Below, one piece after another: positions 10,454 through 20,636 of a stretch of DNA of 64,000 nt. The position numbers and the translations under genes are program-made. Numbering within the stretch: the first letter of the stretch is position 1; the number at the start of each line of letters is the position of its first letter. The stretch is from Bdellovibrionota bacterium (GTDB lineage Bacteria > Bdellovibrionota_C > UBA2361 > JBIKWN01), in assembly GCA_044356295.1 (NCBI GenBank), contig JBIKWN010000005.1:33403-97402 (forward strand). Reading direction: 5' to 3'. Below the pieces are notes generated by a model. The model had not been told where the DNA came from. It saw nothing but the letters and a program-made list of their open reading frames with translations, and ran no database searches.

Positions 10454-10841
10454 AGTAAAGTACTTACTGATCGGCGGATATGCAGTTGGTATTTATGCCG
10501 AACCAAGAGCGACTAAAGATTTGGATGTTTGGGTTGATGCTTCCTTAGAAAACGGTCGTCGCTTACTGAAAGCATTAAAGTCATTTGGTGCTCCAACTGA
10601 TAATCTATCAGAGAAAGATATTCAAATACCTGGACTGTTATATATCTTTGGGATTCCTCCTCTAAGAGTAGATATTCTCAATCGTGTTGGAAAAGAAGTT
10701 TTTAAAGAAGCATATAAGAAAAGGCATATCGTTCAGATCGGTAAAGTTAAGGTTTCAGTTGTTCCAAAAGAAGTACTTAAAAAAATGAAGAAAGCTGCAG
10801 GTCGTCCGCAGGATAAAGCTGATCTGAAGAAATTACAGTAA
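10407..10841 (+). CDS. Minimal nucleotidyltransferase (DUF6036-like)
   Basis: LIGGYAV...PRATKDLDVW (GG and DxD) and KKAAGRPQDKADL; ATG 10407 follows an AAAGGA RBS. Confidence 0.75.
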   Translation: MHSDFLELLLLLEKHKVKYLLIGGYAVGIYAEPRATKDLDVWVDASLENGRRLLKALKSFGAPTDNLSEKDIQIPGLLYIFGIPPLRVDILNRVGKEVFKEAYKKRHIVQIGKVKVSVVPKEVLKKMKKAAGRPQDKADLKKLQ

Positions 10842-10942
10842 TTTTTTTAAAGATTTAAAATTTATATCGCTTAGCCTGATATATACTAAGTCTGCTGATT
10901 ACTACTTAGTGTCTTAGGCAAGAAAAGAGTACACTACCAACA

Positions 10943-12178
10943 ATGAAAGTACGAGCAGAATCCCTAGCAATCGGCGGCAGCATGGTCTGTTCGAATACCG
11001 ATCCTGAAGACAAAAAGAAAATTTTTGTTCCATATCTAATACCTGGTGAAACTGCAGAAGTACTTATTACTTCCCAGAAAAGCTCACTTCAAGAAGGCAA
11101 AGTTGTAGAAGTCATAACACCAGATAAATCCCGAGTTAAACCTCCGTGTGATGCATTTACAATCTGTGGTGGATGCCAACTCCAGCATATTGCTACAAAA
11201 TCGCAACGTGATATCAAAATTGAGATGATTCGAAGTTACTTTGATCGTCAAACAAAACTAAAAGATATTCAGGTTATCAATGCATCTGAAGGACTTCCTG
11301 ATTACGGATATAGGAGGAGGGCAACATTTCACCTTTCACATGAAGGGCTTCTTGGATTTCATGCTGGAGGTACACGGTCAGTAGTACCAATTCAAGATTG
11401 TCTGATTGTAGAGCCGGCGATTTCAAAACTTATTCCGACGCTTCAAGCAATCGCTCAAAAATTATCAGACCGAGTTACTACTATTGAAGTTTCAATAGGC
11501 CATAAAAACTCAATCGTTTTTATGGTACGAGACCGCACTCATCCAAAAGATTTACAACGAGAACTCGAGCAGTTTCAGCGTAAACATAAAGAAGATATCT
11601 ATATTAAAACGAAGCAGCAGACATTTTTTCTTTCTGCACATGGAATAATCCCAAGTCACAGTGATCATGGGCACTTTTCACAGGTTAACCGACTCGGAAA
11701 TGAAAGGTTACACGCAGTCGTATCCGGCGCGGTGGCGAAGCAATCATCAACTGCCACTGAGCTTTATGCAGGAAGTGGTAATTTTACATTTGAACTTGCT
11801 GCGCGTGGATATCAAGTTAATGCAATTGAATTGGATGCACAACTTGTGAAAGCAGGTCAGCAAAAAGCAATGGAAACAAAAAACGGTAAAAAGATTACTT
11901 TTTATCAAAGTCCATGTGAAACATGGGTGAAAAAAAATGACCTTTCTGAATTAGTTTTACTTGATCCGCCACGTGCTGGCGCAAAAGATGTAATCCGTCT
12001 TGCAAGGTGGGAACAGGTAAAACAAATTATTTATATAAGTTGCAGTTTGCCATCATTTGCAAGAGATGCTGAATCCCTTGTGACTGGGAATGGCTTTACT
12101 CTTAAAGCTGTGTCTTTTGTAGATATGTTTCCTCAAACACATCATGTAGAATTAGTCGGAGTATTTTCTCGGGACTAA
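10943..12178 (+). CDS. rlmD: 23S rRNA m5U methyltransferase, RlmD/TrmA family
   Basis: TRAM-like N-terminus, C-x5-CGGC Fe-S motif, FSQVN, ELYAGSGNF, LDPPRAG, YISC and DMFPQTHHVE. Confidence 0.88.
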   Translation: MKVRAESLAIGGSMVCSNTDPEDKKKIFVPYLIPGETAEVLITSQKSSLQEGKVVEVITPDKSRVKPPCDAFTICGGCQLQHIATKSQRDIKIEMIRSYFDRQTKLKDIQVINASEGLPDYGYRRRATFHLSHEGLLGFHAGGTRSVVPIQDCLIVEPAISKLIPTLQAIAQKLSDRVTTIEVSIGHKNSIVFMVRDRTHPKDLQRELEQFQRKHKEDIYIKTKQQTFFLSAHGIIPSHSDHGHFSQVNRLGNERLHAVVSGAVAKQSSTATELYAGSGNFTFELAARGYQVNAIELDAQLVKAGQQKAMETKNGKKITFYQSPCETWVKKNDLSELVLLDPPRAGAKDVIRLARWEQVKQIIYISCSLPSFARDAESLVTGNGFTLKAVSFVDMFPQTHHVELVGVFSRD

Positions 12179-12184
12179 AGCTTA

Positions 12185-13666
12185 ATGAATGCATACGACG
12201 ACCTTCCTTACGCAAGTAAAATCAATAGAGCTCGCCATATTGATGCATTGGGTACAATGGCAAGGCTCTATGGATATCTTCCGGCTGATCCGTTTGGAGC
12301 TCGAGTTTTAGAGATCGGTTGTTCTACTGGCGATGCTCTTTTCCCTTTAGCATTCGAATATCCACAAGCAACTTTTGTTGGCATTGACACATCGAGTAGC
12401 CAAATTAAAGAAGCACTAGAGCGAAAAAAATATTTTAAAGAGCATAAACTAGACAATCTTGAATTCATTCATGGCGATGTGACGGTTGAAGCGCTCAAAG
12501 GACGACGGTTTGATTATATTATCTGTCACGGTGTGCTCAGTTGGATCTCAAAGGAGGATAGAAGTGAGATTCTAAAAAGTATTCCATCACTCTTATCAGA
12601 CAAAGGGGTATGTTTTCTAAGTTATAATTGTGCACCTGGTGGTTTATTGAGAAAAGCTATCTGGGATGGATTAAAGAAATTTGTAACTGCGCACAGTTCA
12701 GATCTAGTGGAAATAAGAAAAGCAATCACAGCATTTCAAGAAACAATTGAAATCGACTATGAAAAACCATACCAGTTATTTGTTTACCAAGAATTAGACA
12801 GAATTCTAAAAGAGCCAGATCAGTATTTAGTGCATGAAGTCTTTGCTCTACAAAATGAACCACTCTACTTTAATCAACTTGTCGAGGATTTGTCAGGACA
12901 CGCACTTAAAATTATTGGCGATGTGCGTCCTCACAGGACGGGATTACAACGATTTTTATCTGCTCACCTTGCTGCATCAAGTTATACAGCATTGTCGCAG
13001 TTACAAACTCATTTTAATTTCTCGGCTGAAAGTATCTCTGATTTCTGTTTTGGTACTCCTTTTCGTGAATCGTTGATTATGAAAAATCTGCAGGAAGGAT
13101 CACCGCATTTATCGAAAGAATTATTTCATTCACTTTCTTTCTCTCATACTGGAATCGGTATAGATGAGAAAAGTTCATCAGTAGAAAAATTACTCCTCGA
13201 TCACTATCCACATTTTCTTACATTTTCAGATTTAACTTCTTCAGATGCTAATGCATTGCATGGTCTTGATAATGAAAAAGTATCAGCTGATCTGATGCAC
13301 TGTTTTATTCAAGACAGAATAGTAGTTTCGTTTTACCCACCAGAGGTTTCTTCAAAAGTATATGCATTTCCAAAAACTTCACCTTGGATTCAGGACCAAG
13401 CATCTCGGCAAGAAATAGTTACCAATTTACAGTACCGATCTATTGAGCTTGATTCTCTGGCGAGGGGACTTCTTGCGCATTTAGATGGGAAAACTTCGAG
13501 AGAAGAGCTAGAAACTGTTGCTCATCAGATGGTCAAAAGTGGGGAGGGTGGTATTAAGGAAAATGGGCAATTGGTGGAGGATCCAATCCATGTCGCTTCT
13601 CTCATTCCAGAGCTCGTAGAATCAGCGCTTGAAACTTTAAAAAAAGCAGCAATGTTGCTTCCTTGA
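12185..13666 (+). CDS. Class I SAM methyltransferase with methyltransferase-regulatory domain
   Basis: YDDLPY, VLEIGCSTG, FDYIICHGVLSWI, SYNCAPG, YLVHE and a C-terminal winged-helix-like LLAHLDGK. Confidence 0.8.
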   Translation: MNAYDDLPYASKINRARHIDALGTMARLYGYLPADPFGARVLEIGCSTGDALFPLAFEYPQATFVGIDTSSSQIKEALERKKYFKEHKLDNLEFIHGDVTVEALKGRRFDYIICHGVLSWISKEDRSEILKSIPSLLSDKGVCFLSYNCAPGGLLRKAIWDGLKKFVTAHSSDLVEIRKAITAFQETIEIDYEKPYQLFVYQELDRILKEPDQYLVHEVFALQNEPLYFNQLVEDLSGHALKIIGDVRPHRTGLQRFLSAHLAASSYTALSQLQTHFNFSAESISDFCFGTPFRESLIMKNLQEGSPHLSKELFHSLSFSHTGIGIDEKSSSVEKLLLDHYPHFLTFSDLTSSDANALHGLDNEKVSADLMHCFIQDRIVVSFYPPEVSSKVYAFPKTSPWIQDQASRQEIVTNLQYRSIELDSLARGLLAHLDGKTSREELETVAHQMVKSGEGGIKENGQLVEDPIHVASLIPELVESALETLKKAAMLLP

Positions 13667-13726
13667 ACGAATTTTAGCAGTAATAGAGTTCTTGCATAGT
13701 TATCCAAGAAGGCTATCATTACCTAG

Positions 13727-14173
13727 ATGAAAATTAAGGTAGCAATGCACCCACTTCTGCGACAGATTTTTTTACTTTCTTTGCTACTCAGTATGAGTAG
13801 TGTTGTACATGCTGGACCTTCTCCAAAGGTAATGACTGGACTTTCATTTAATGAAGTCGTCAAAATTAAAGGATTTCCAATCTCAACTGACACCCATGAA
13901 ACAAGCAGAATTGTAGTTTGGAATTTTAAGCATGGCCCGATATATTTTAAGGACGGCAAAACTGTGCCTCGACCCAAAAATTGGAATCAAGGTCAGATTA
14001 AGCCGAAACAAAATAGTAGTACTGTACTGAATAGACCTATTAGTAAAAAGAGCAACCTCAGTCAGACAGATGTTGATGAAATAATCTCTGCAATTCCTAA
14101 TGATAAAGGTGGTCCTGCAAAACCGAACCAAGATGTAGCACCGGATTCGGATGCTGCTTCATCGTCCAATTAA
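13727..14173 (+). CDS. Hypothetical exported protein
   Basis: Signal-peptide-like N-terminus ending VHA; lies in the same gene run as aroB. Confidence 0.55.
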   Translation: MKIKVAMHPLLRQIFLLSLLLSMSSVVHAGPSPKVMTGLSFNEVVKIKGFPISTDTHETSRIVVWNFKHGPIYFKDGKTVPRPKNWNQGQIKPKQNSSTVLNRPISKKSNLSQTDVDEIISAIPNDKGGPAKPNQDVAPDSDAASSSN

Positions 14174-14181
14174 AAATCAAA

Positions 14182-15291
14182 ATGAATGCAGCAATTGAAA
14201 CGATTAGTATTGATTGTACGCAAACTAAAAAAGGTAGTTATTCAGTAGCTATTGGTGAAGCGGTACTTGATGGATTAAAAAAACTTATTCTAGAGAATAA
14301 ATACTCCTCTGTTGTTGCTTTTTTTGACCCAAATGTTGTTCGTCATCCTCACTCTGAATCAATCCGTTCGATGGTTCAAAGCAGTGTCATACTTCCTCAT
14401 TTTGGTGAAGCAATTAAAAACTTTGAATCATTACAGTGGATAATTCAGCAGTGCATGCAACATCGACTTGATCGTAAAAGCGCAGTCATTGCAGTGGGTG
14501 GTGGAGCAGTCGGAGATGCAGTTTCGTTTGCGGCTTCTCTTTATATGCGCGGTATTGCTGTCATCCAGATTCCTACAACGCTTCTTTCTATGGTGGATAG
14601 TAGCGTTGGTGGAAAAACTGCGATTAATGTTGGGCCGGTAAAAAATTTAATTGGTTCTTTTCAACATCCTGAAGCAGTATTTATTGAGCCTGGATTCTTG
14701 AGCTCGTTACCAGAGCGAGAATTTCTATCCGGTACTGCTGAAATTATAAAGCATGCATTTATTCGAGATGCTGAACTGATTCCGCTTCTTTTGGATCAAC
14801 GATTAAAGGAGTCTGATAGTAGTACCCTGACATCAATTATTTCTCGTTCAGTTAAGACAAAAAAAGAGATCGTGCAAGAAGACCCAACAGAAGAGCACAT
14901 TCGAAAGATTTTAAATTTTGGACACACTGTTGGTCATGCCCTTGAGCGCTGTTCACATGAAACAACAACACCTCTTTTACATGGTGAGGCTGTATTTCAG
15001 GGAATGTTACTGGAGTCTCTTATTGCTTCTAAGTTAAAGAAAGAGGTTCGGGATGTTTTTGAGGAACTTGTTCGATTGTATCGTTTTCAAGGGGTTTCAA
15101 CTGAGATAAATGAATTGAATGAAGATAAGCTCATTAATGCTATGCTACTGGATAAGAAGAATCACAGTGGAAAACTTCGTTTTTCTTTGTGTTTTCAAAA
15201 AGGTCATTGTGAGTATGACCAAGAGGTTTCGCGAGACCTTGTTTTGGATGTCTACCGAGAAGCCTTACAGGATCGTACGCTGCTTTTCTGA
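14182..15291 (+). CDS. aroB: 3-dehydroquinate synthase
   Basis: GGGAVGD, PTTLLSMVDSSVGGKT, KNLIGSF, LNFGHTVGHALE and LLHGEAV. Confidence 0.95.
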   Translation: MNAAIETISIDCTQTKKGSYSVAIGEAVLDGLKKLILENKYSSVVAFFDPNVVRHPHSESIRSMVQSSVILPHFGEAIKNFESLQWIIQQCMQHRLDRKSAVIAVGGGAVGDAVSFAASLYMRGIAVIQIPTTLLSMVDSSVGGKTAINVGPVKNLIGSFQHPEAVFIEPGFLSSLPEREFLSGTAEIIKHAFIRDAELIPLLLDQRLKESDSSTLTSIISRSVKTKKEIVQEDPTEEHIRKILNFGHTVGHALERCSHETTTPLLHGEAVFQGMLLESLIASKLKKEVRDVFEELVRLYRFQGVSTEINELNEDKLINAMLLDKKNHSGKLRFSLCFQKGHCEYDQEVSRDLVLDVYREALQDRTLLF

Positions 15292-15311
15292 AATTTAGTT
15301 AAGAGTTCCTT

Positions 15312-15983
15312 ATGACGTTTAAAATTTGTATCCCGTTTTTTGATTGTTCCTTGAAAGGAATTGATGAGCAAAGTATTCAAGAAGCCGATATGCTCGAACT
15401 CTATATCGATTCGCTTCATGCAGATACAGAAGAACTTGTATCATTTGCTCAAAGTGTCCTCCAACAAGACAAACAAATAATTATTACTTTAAGGCGACCA
15501 CAGTTTGCTGAACAGAAAAATACATTTACTCAAAGAATAGAGCTGCTAAAAAAATTTATTACTCTGCCTGTTTTGTTTGATCTAGATATCTATAAAGAAA
15601 AAGAAGAGATACTTTTTCTTGTTGAACAAGGAGTGAGTTCTCAGTTAATTGCGTCCTATCATCATTATGCATCTACTCCTAGCAGTGAAGAACTTTCAGT
15701 TATTCGAAAAGAGGCTTTGCAGTATTCACCAGGATTTATTAAGTTTTCAACTATTGTTCATACCGAGCAAGAGATGCACCGCCTCGTCTCGTTGTCGTTG
15801 GAATGTGTAACTTCTTCAATGCCATGGATAGTTAGCCCTATGGGACGATTCGGAAAGCAAGGAAGAATCATTACTGGGCTTTTAGGTTCAGCATGGACGT
15901 ATGCTAAAAGTGGTTCATCCACAGCAGAAGGACAGCTTGGATTAGAAGACTGTGCATCAATTCGTGCTTTGTTAAGTCGTTAA
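15312..15983 (+). CDS. aroD: Type I 3-dehydroquinate dehydratase
   Basis: ADMLEL, ITLRR, IASYH, MGRFGKQGR and STAEGQ; directly follows aroB. Confidence 0.8.
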   Translation: MTFKICIPFFDCSLKGIDEQSIQEADMLELYIDSLHADTEELVSFAQSVLQQDKQIIITLRRPQFAEQKNTFTQRIELLKKFITLPVLFDLDIYKEKEEILFLVEQGVSSQLIASYHHYASTPSSEELSVIRKEALQYSPGFIKFSTIVHTEQEMHRLVSLSLECVTSSMPWIVSPMGRFGKQGRIITGLLGSAWTYAKSGSSTAEGQLGLEDCASIRALLSR

Positions 15984-15990
15984 TCGAGCT

Positions 15991-18711
15991 ATGACTAGTT
16001 CTCTTTCGGGTTCGATATCATTTCAAAATAATCAATTTGAAATTCGGTTTCGATATAATACTGATATCTTCAAAAAACTTACTGCTCTTGATGGTGTTTC
16101 GTATGATAAAGAAAGAAAGTGTTGGCTTAGTCCACTTCGAATCGCTCCACTGATATTTTCGCAAAAGCAGTTTTCAAAACAATACTTTCGGTATGATTTT
16201 GATGAAGCAGAGATTGCAAAAAAAATTGAAACACTTCAAAAAGATATCGAATTAGCCCGAGTTCGAGCACTTGCCGATCCATTTTGTGTTCGAAAGATTG
16301 ATATAGAGCTACTTTCATTTGACGTTATTGCTCGAGAAACTGATGTTGAACGGGGATGGATAGAGCTTGGTATTTCAAAATCAAGAAGAGCTAAAAAAAT
16401 TCTTTCAGAGGCACGTGGTGTTTTTGCAATTGGAAAGAAAAAAAAGTTTCTAACCAATGCTTCAGTTTTTCCAGAACTTTTAAAGATTTTTCGGGAGCAG
16501 CAGTTATCTTTTGCAGTAGAAGAAGAGTTATCGCTTAAGTTGAAATCCACCAGTTCACTCCGAAGTGAAACTATACGAACTGGGATTGGTGCTTCAAGAA
16601 AAGATCTTGAATGCAGTTTTTTGTTACCTTATTGGGATATCAGTACACCAGGAAATAAGACAGTAGATGGAGTAGGTTTTTTTACAGAGCTTCGAAATAA
16701 AATTATTCCATCTAAAAAAGGACAACGTTTAACCAAAGTTGATCCCACTACTTCATTACAAACACTATATAAGGGAAAACTTTTTGGAATTCCTATTTTT
16801 CAAACTAATGATGCTTCAAAATTAACCGCGAAAGTTTTAGAAGAGTTCCAAAGGGATTACCAAAACGACCAAACCCAGTTTGCTGATGAATTATTACTGT
16901 CTTTACCGTTTCCGTACTGTTGGCGTGTTGATGAAGTTGGAAAGGGTGGTTTGCATATTTCAAATCAAGCGAGCTCGATTCTGCAAGAAAATGAGTTTTC
17001 TCATGTCATTAAAGAATTTGATATACTCGTTAAGAAAATTGGGAATTTTGGGTTTTTTCTTGAGCCCAAAAGTCATCAATTACCGCATTTTATAGAGGTA
17101 GTTAAAGTCTATTTTAAAGATCTACAAAAAAAAGAAATCCCGCGATCAATACAATTTATTGCGACACTAAAAATTCTTTTAGAACGCGCATCTAGAATTG
17201 CAGCGCAGAATAAATATCAAACATTAAAAGATACCGACTTATCACTTGTGAGTGATTCAAATTTTGCCACAAGGCTGTATCCGCACCAGCGAGTTGCCGT
17301 TAGATGGATTTTAGAAAACGAATCTGGGATGTTGGGGGACGATATGGGGTTGGGAAAGACACTCTCAGTCCTTACTGCATTTAATGAATCCCTTTCTACT
17401 AAAAAAACCGATTTTTTATTGGTGATATGTCCAAATTCATTAGTTCGAACTTGGCTTCGTGAAGCGCAGCAGTGGTTTCCATCTTTATCATTACGATCTC
17501 TTCCAGATTCGAAAAAAGAGCGTGAAGGTTTTCTAGAGAGTCTCATTGAAAACCGTCAAGAAAGCCTTGATGGATTAGTAGTAAACTTTGAAGCAATGCG
17601 AATTGAAACAGTTCGAGCTGCTTTGGAAGCAGTATCTAAGTTTCGAACAGTTTTTCTTACCATTGATGAATCACAAAGAATTAAGAATCCTCAATCGAAA
17701 ACATTTCAGGCATTAAAATCATTTGCACTCAATGCCAAAAAGCGGTTTCTCTTGAGCGGAACACCAACGCCACGTGATGTTGCTGACCTGTGGGGGCAAG
17801 TGTTTATTATCGATAAAGGTGAGCGGTTTGGATCAAGTTTTACAGCTTGGTTAAAAACTGTTGCAGAATTAGGCACAAAATGGAGTGAATTTGCTGTTAA
17901 ACGATTTATTCCTTCTGCGGTTGAAGAAGTATCCGCTCGTACGCAAGAAATCTTGCTTCGAAGGAAAAAAGAAGATGTTGTTTCGCTTCCTGAGAAAGTT
18001 TTTATTTTTCGAGATGTCGATATTATTGGTGACCAGAAAAAACGTTTTGATCAGATACGTGAAGAGTTGTTGATTCAAGTTGGTAGCATTCAAGGTAGAG
18101 AGAAAATTAAAACAATTGAAAGCATCCTTGAAGAATACCTAAGAGCTGTTCAAGTTTGCTCGAATCCGAGGCTTATCGACCCAACGTGGGTTGGGGAACC
18201 AGCTAAATTTAAAGAGCTTGATGATATTGTTGAAAATATAGTTAAAGAAAAAAATGAGAAGTTAGTGATCTGGACTAACTATCTTTTAAATATTCATGAA
18301 CTGTGTGAGCGCTATAAAGAATTCGGAGCTCTGCCGTTTAGCGGTGAGGTTCACCCGAGTGAGCGCCAGCAGACTATTAATGAATTTCAAAAAGTGAGCT
18401 CGAAAAATAAAATTTTGGTAGCGATACCTGCTGCGGGTGGAGTGGGGATTACTTTAACCGCGGCGCAAACCTGTGTGTATGTTGATAGAACTTGGAACGC
18501 TGAGCATTGGCTTCAGTCTATTGATAGAGTCCACCGAATTGGTCAAACAGGAACTGTCACTGTAATTGTTCTTAATGGTTCTAAAGTGGATGAGCTTATT
18601 GGGTATAATCTATATAAAAAGAAAAAACAGATGGATCAGTTGCTTCAGGGTGATGCTGCTTATGAGGAGTTTTTGCCGAGCGTTCAAGATTTATTGGATG
18701 CGCTTCGGTGA
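15991..18711 (+). CDS. SNF2-family helicase/ATPase
   Basis: LYPHQ, GDDMGLGKT, DESQRIKN, LSGTP, GGVGITLT and QSIDRVHRIGQ. Confidence 0.9.
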   Translation: MTSSLSGSISFQNNQFEIRFRYNTDIFKKLTALDGVSYDKERKCWLSPLRIAPLIFSQKQFSKQYFRYDFDEAEIAKKIETLQKDIELARVRALADPFCVRKIDIELLSFDVIARETDVERGWIELGISKSRRAKKILSEARGVFAIGKKKKFLTNASVFPELLKIFREQQLSFAVEEELSLKLKSTSSLRSETIRTGIGASRKDLECSFLLPYWDISTPGNKTVDGVGFFTELRNKIIPSKKGQRLTKVDPTTSLQTLYKGKLFGIPIFQTNDASKLTAKVLEEFQRDYQNDQTQFADELLLSLPFPYCWRVDEVGKGGLHISNQASSILQENEFSHVIKEFDILVKKIGNFGFFLEPKSHQLPHFIEVVKVYFKDLQKKEIPRSIQFIATLKILLERASRIAAQNKYQTLKDTDLSLVSDSNFATRLYPHQRVAVRWILENESGMLGDDMGLGKTLSVLTAFNESLSTKKTDFLLVICPNSLVRTWLREAQQWFPSLSLRSLPDSKKEREGFLESLIENRQESLDGLVVNFEAMRIETVRAALEAVSKFRTVFLTIDESQRIKNPQSKTFQALKSFALNAKKRFLLSGTPTPRDVADLWGQVFIIDKGERFGSSFTAWLKTVAELGTKWSEFAVKRFIPSAVEEVSARTQEILLRRKKEDVVSLPEKVFIFRDVDIIGDQKKRFDQIREELLIQVGSIQGREKIKTIESILEEYLRAVQVCSNPRLIDPTWVGEPAKFKELDDIVENIVKEKNEKLVIWTNYLLNIHELCERYKEFGALPFSGEVHPSERQQTINEFQKVSSKNKILVAIPAAGGVGITLTAAQTCVYVDRTWNAEHWLQSIDRVHRIGQTGTVTVIVLNGSKVDELIGYNLYKKKKQMDQLLQGDAAYEEFLPSVQDLLDALR

Positions 18712-18745
18712 GATTGGTTTGTGATAGTGGTATGCTATTAAGTGA

Positions 18746-18830
18746 TTTTTTGTAACGCGAAGGTCGCGAAGTACGCGAAGGAATTAAATGTAATCCTTCG
18801 CGTACTTCGCGACCTTCGCGTTACAAAAAA
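18746..18830. repeat. Long palindromic element, copy 1 (CGCGAAG-unit family)
   Basis: Perfect 37-bp arms TTTTTTGTAACGCGAAGGTCGCGAAGTACGCGAAGGA and its reverse complement; lies between convergent genes. Confidence 0.95.
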
Positions 18831-18834
18831 AATA

Positions 18835-19782
18835 CTACCCAACCCGCTTCAAAACATTCCAGTAATACCGAAATGAAGCCCGATCATGAAGTCTATCTTT
18901 ATAAGAAATAGGTGCCCATTGAGCATTCTTAGCAAGAGTGAGGATCTCTTTAGCAGTATCTACTTCCTCAGCGCTTGGAGACATTGCGTTTAGTATAGGT
19001 TGAATCTGATTTGGATGAATACTCCACATACGAAGGAATCCAAAATGATGTCTTGCTCGAAGTGCGTCATCATATGCAGAGTCTGGATTTTTATAATCTA
19101 CGGTAACATTGTGAGCAGGGATAATATTATTTCCAAGGCACGCCGCAACAAGACGGCTTTTTGCCCTCATCAGGATTGGATGCTCGAACTGTTCAGGACT
19201 TTGAAAACATTTATCTGATAATGCACCGTGATGGAATGAAACAAAATCCATACAACCAAAATCTAAACCTCTAAGGAGCGGAAGCGAAGCAATCTGCCAT
19301 ACTTCTTCGACAGCTTTTGGTGTTTCGATAAGAAAATGAATCGGTGGAATTGATACTTTACTCGTATCGCATTCTTTTTTGTAAGTATCGATAACAGTAT
19401 CAATAACTTTCTGTCCTTGTTCAAAAGACAAAATTTTTGGAATTGTAAGATGAGAGATAATACCAAAAAGATTTTTTGCTACAAAATTTAGGTCATCACT
19501 AAAATGAGAAGATAGGGGATCATGAATTCTAACCCCAATTTTTTTATAAACATTTTCAGAAGAAGAAATAATGTTTAAAAAAAGTTGTCTCAACGCAGTT
19601 TCTTGTCCTACTGAAGCTCCATCTTCAAGATCACAGGTAATATCGAAACTACCTTTGAAGATCTTTTGCGTTTCAATACTTTTTAAAATTAATTTTTCAT
19701 GACCTGCATAATGATCACATGCAGAGCATGAAGGAAGTGGTTTTTCATTTGGAAAAAGTATTGAATCAAGATTTTCAAACAT
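18835..19782 (-). CDS. HpcH/HpaI aldolase / citrate lyase beta (CitE) family protein
   Basis: CDHYAG, DLEDGA, LIETP, LDFGCMDFVS and RMWSIHPNQI. Confidence 0.85.
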   Translation of the reverse strand: MFENLDSILFPNEKPLPSCSACDHYAGHEKLILKSIETQKIFKGSFDITCDLEDGASVGQETALRQLFLNIISSSENVYKKIGVRIHDPLSSHFSDDLNFVAKNLFGIISHLTIPKILSFEQGQKVIDTVIDTYKKECDTSKVSIPPIHFLIETPKAVEEVWQIASLPLLRGLDFGCMDFVSFHHGALSDKCFQSPEQFEHPILMRAKSRLVAACLGNNIIPAHNVTVDYKNPDSAYDDALRARHHFGFLRMWSIHPNQIQPILNAMSPSAEEVDTAKEILTLAKNAQWAPISYKDRLHDRASFRYYWNVLKRVG

Positions 19783-19798
19783 ATGTAGTAACTTACTG

Positions 19799-20236
19799 TT
19801 AACTGTGACGATAAATACTCAACGGATTAAAATTTTTATCGTGAGCTATTCGTAAAGAGCAAAGTTGTCCGACGTGGTAGCTTTCGTGTAAGACAATATA
19901 ATCTGACAACAGCTTTAAAGAATTGACGTTCTTTGATTCCAAAGCATTGGAAATCGTTTTGGATCTTTGGTGTTGATATTCTGTGAACAAGGATTGAAAA
20001 GTGCCTTGTTTGTTCAGATAACTTCCCCATTCGTGAGTTTCGGAATTTAACTGCTTCTCAATGGCTTCAAACAGCTCTAGGAAATGAGCCAAGGTGAGTC
20101 TAGGACTCATCAGGTCAGGCGAGAGGGTCGCTTCATAAAGATTTTCAGGCAGACCTTCAAAGACTTTTTCGACCTGAAAACCAACTATTTCTAGCTGATA
20201 TTGTATAAGTTCTATTGAGCCCATATGAGATGCCAA
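19799..20236 (-). CDS. DinB/YfiT family protein
   Basis: TLAH and HESYHVGQL metal-binding histidines. Confidence 0.75.
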   Translation of the reverse strand: MASHMGSIELIQYQLEIVGFQVEKVFEGLPENLYEATLSPDLMSPRLTLAHFLELFEAIEKQLNSETHEWGSYLNKQGTFQSLFTEYQHQRSKTISNALESKNVNSLKLLSDYIVLHESYHVGQLCSLRIAHDKNFNPLSIYRHS

Positions 20237-20325
20237 ATACTAGCCGAAATTCCAAGTTCCGTCAGCTTGAATTAATTTAGCCCTTCCGGTATTCTTCTTA
20301 TCCGCTTGTTTTGCAAGCACTGTAT

Positions 20326-20402
<77 letters not shown>

Positions 20403-20507
20403 TTCGACATCGCCGCCATTAGCGGCTTGCTCATGGCAAGTCATTCTTCGGCGAGGAGAATGGCGCCCTGAGCCCTGAGCCCTGAGCGACCAAAGGGAGT
20501 CGAAGGG
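20403..20507. repeat. GC-rich nested palindromic (REP-like) element abutting the tRNA 3' end
   Basis: TTCGAC...GCTCA and TGAGC...GTCGAA outer arms; inner hairpins GCCGC/GCGGC and CATTCT/AGAATG; GCCCTGA x3 tandem at 20465-20485. Confidence 0.6.
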
Positions 20508-20636
20508 AGGGCTGGTTTCATGCTGTCAGCCATTTTGAATCAGCTCAGTATTATTTGTCTCCCGATACCAGACACAATCAAAACATATATTTGTTTACTA
20601 TACTGAATTGTATTAGCCTATTTTAAGGCAGTCTCA

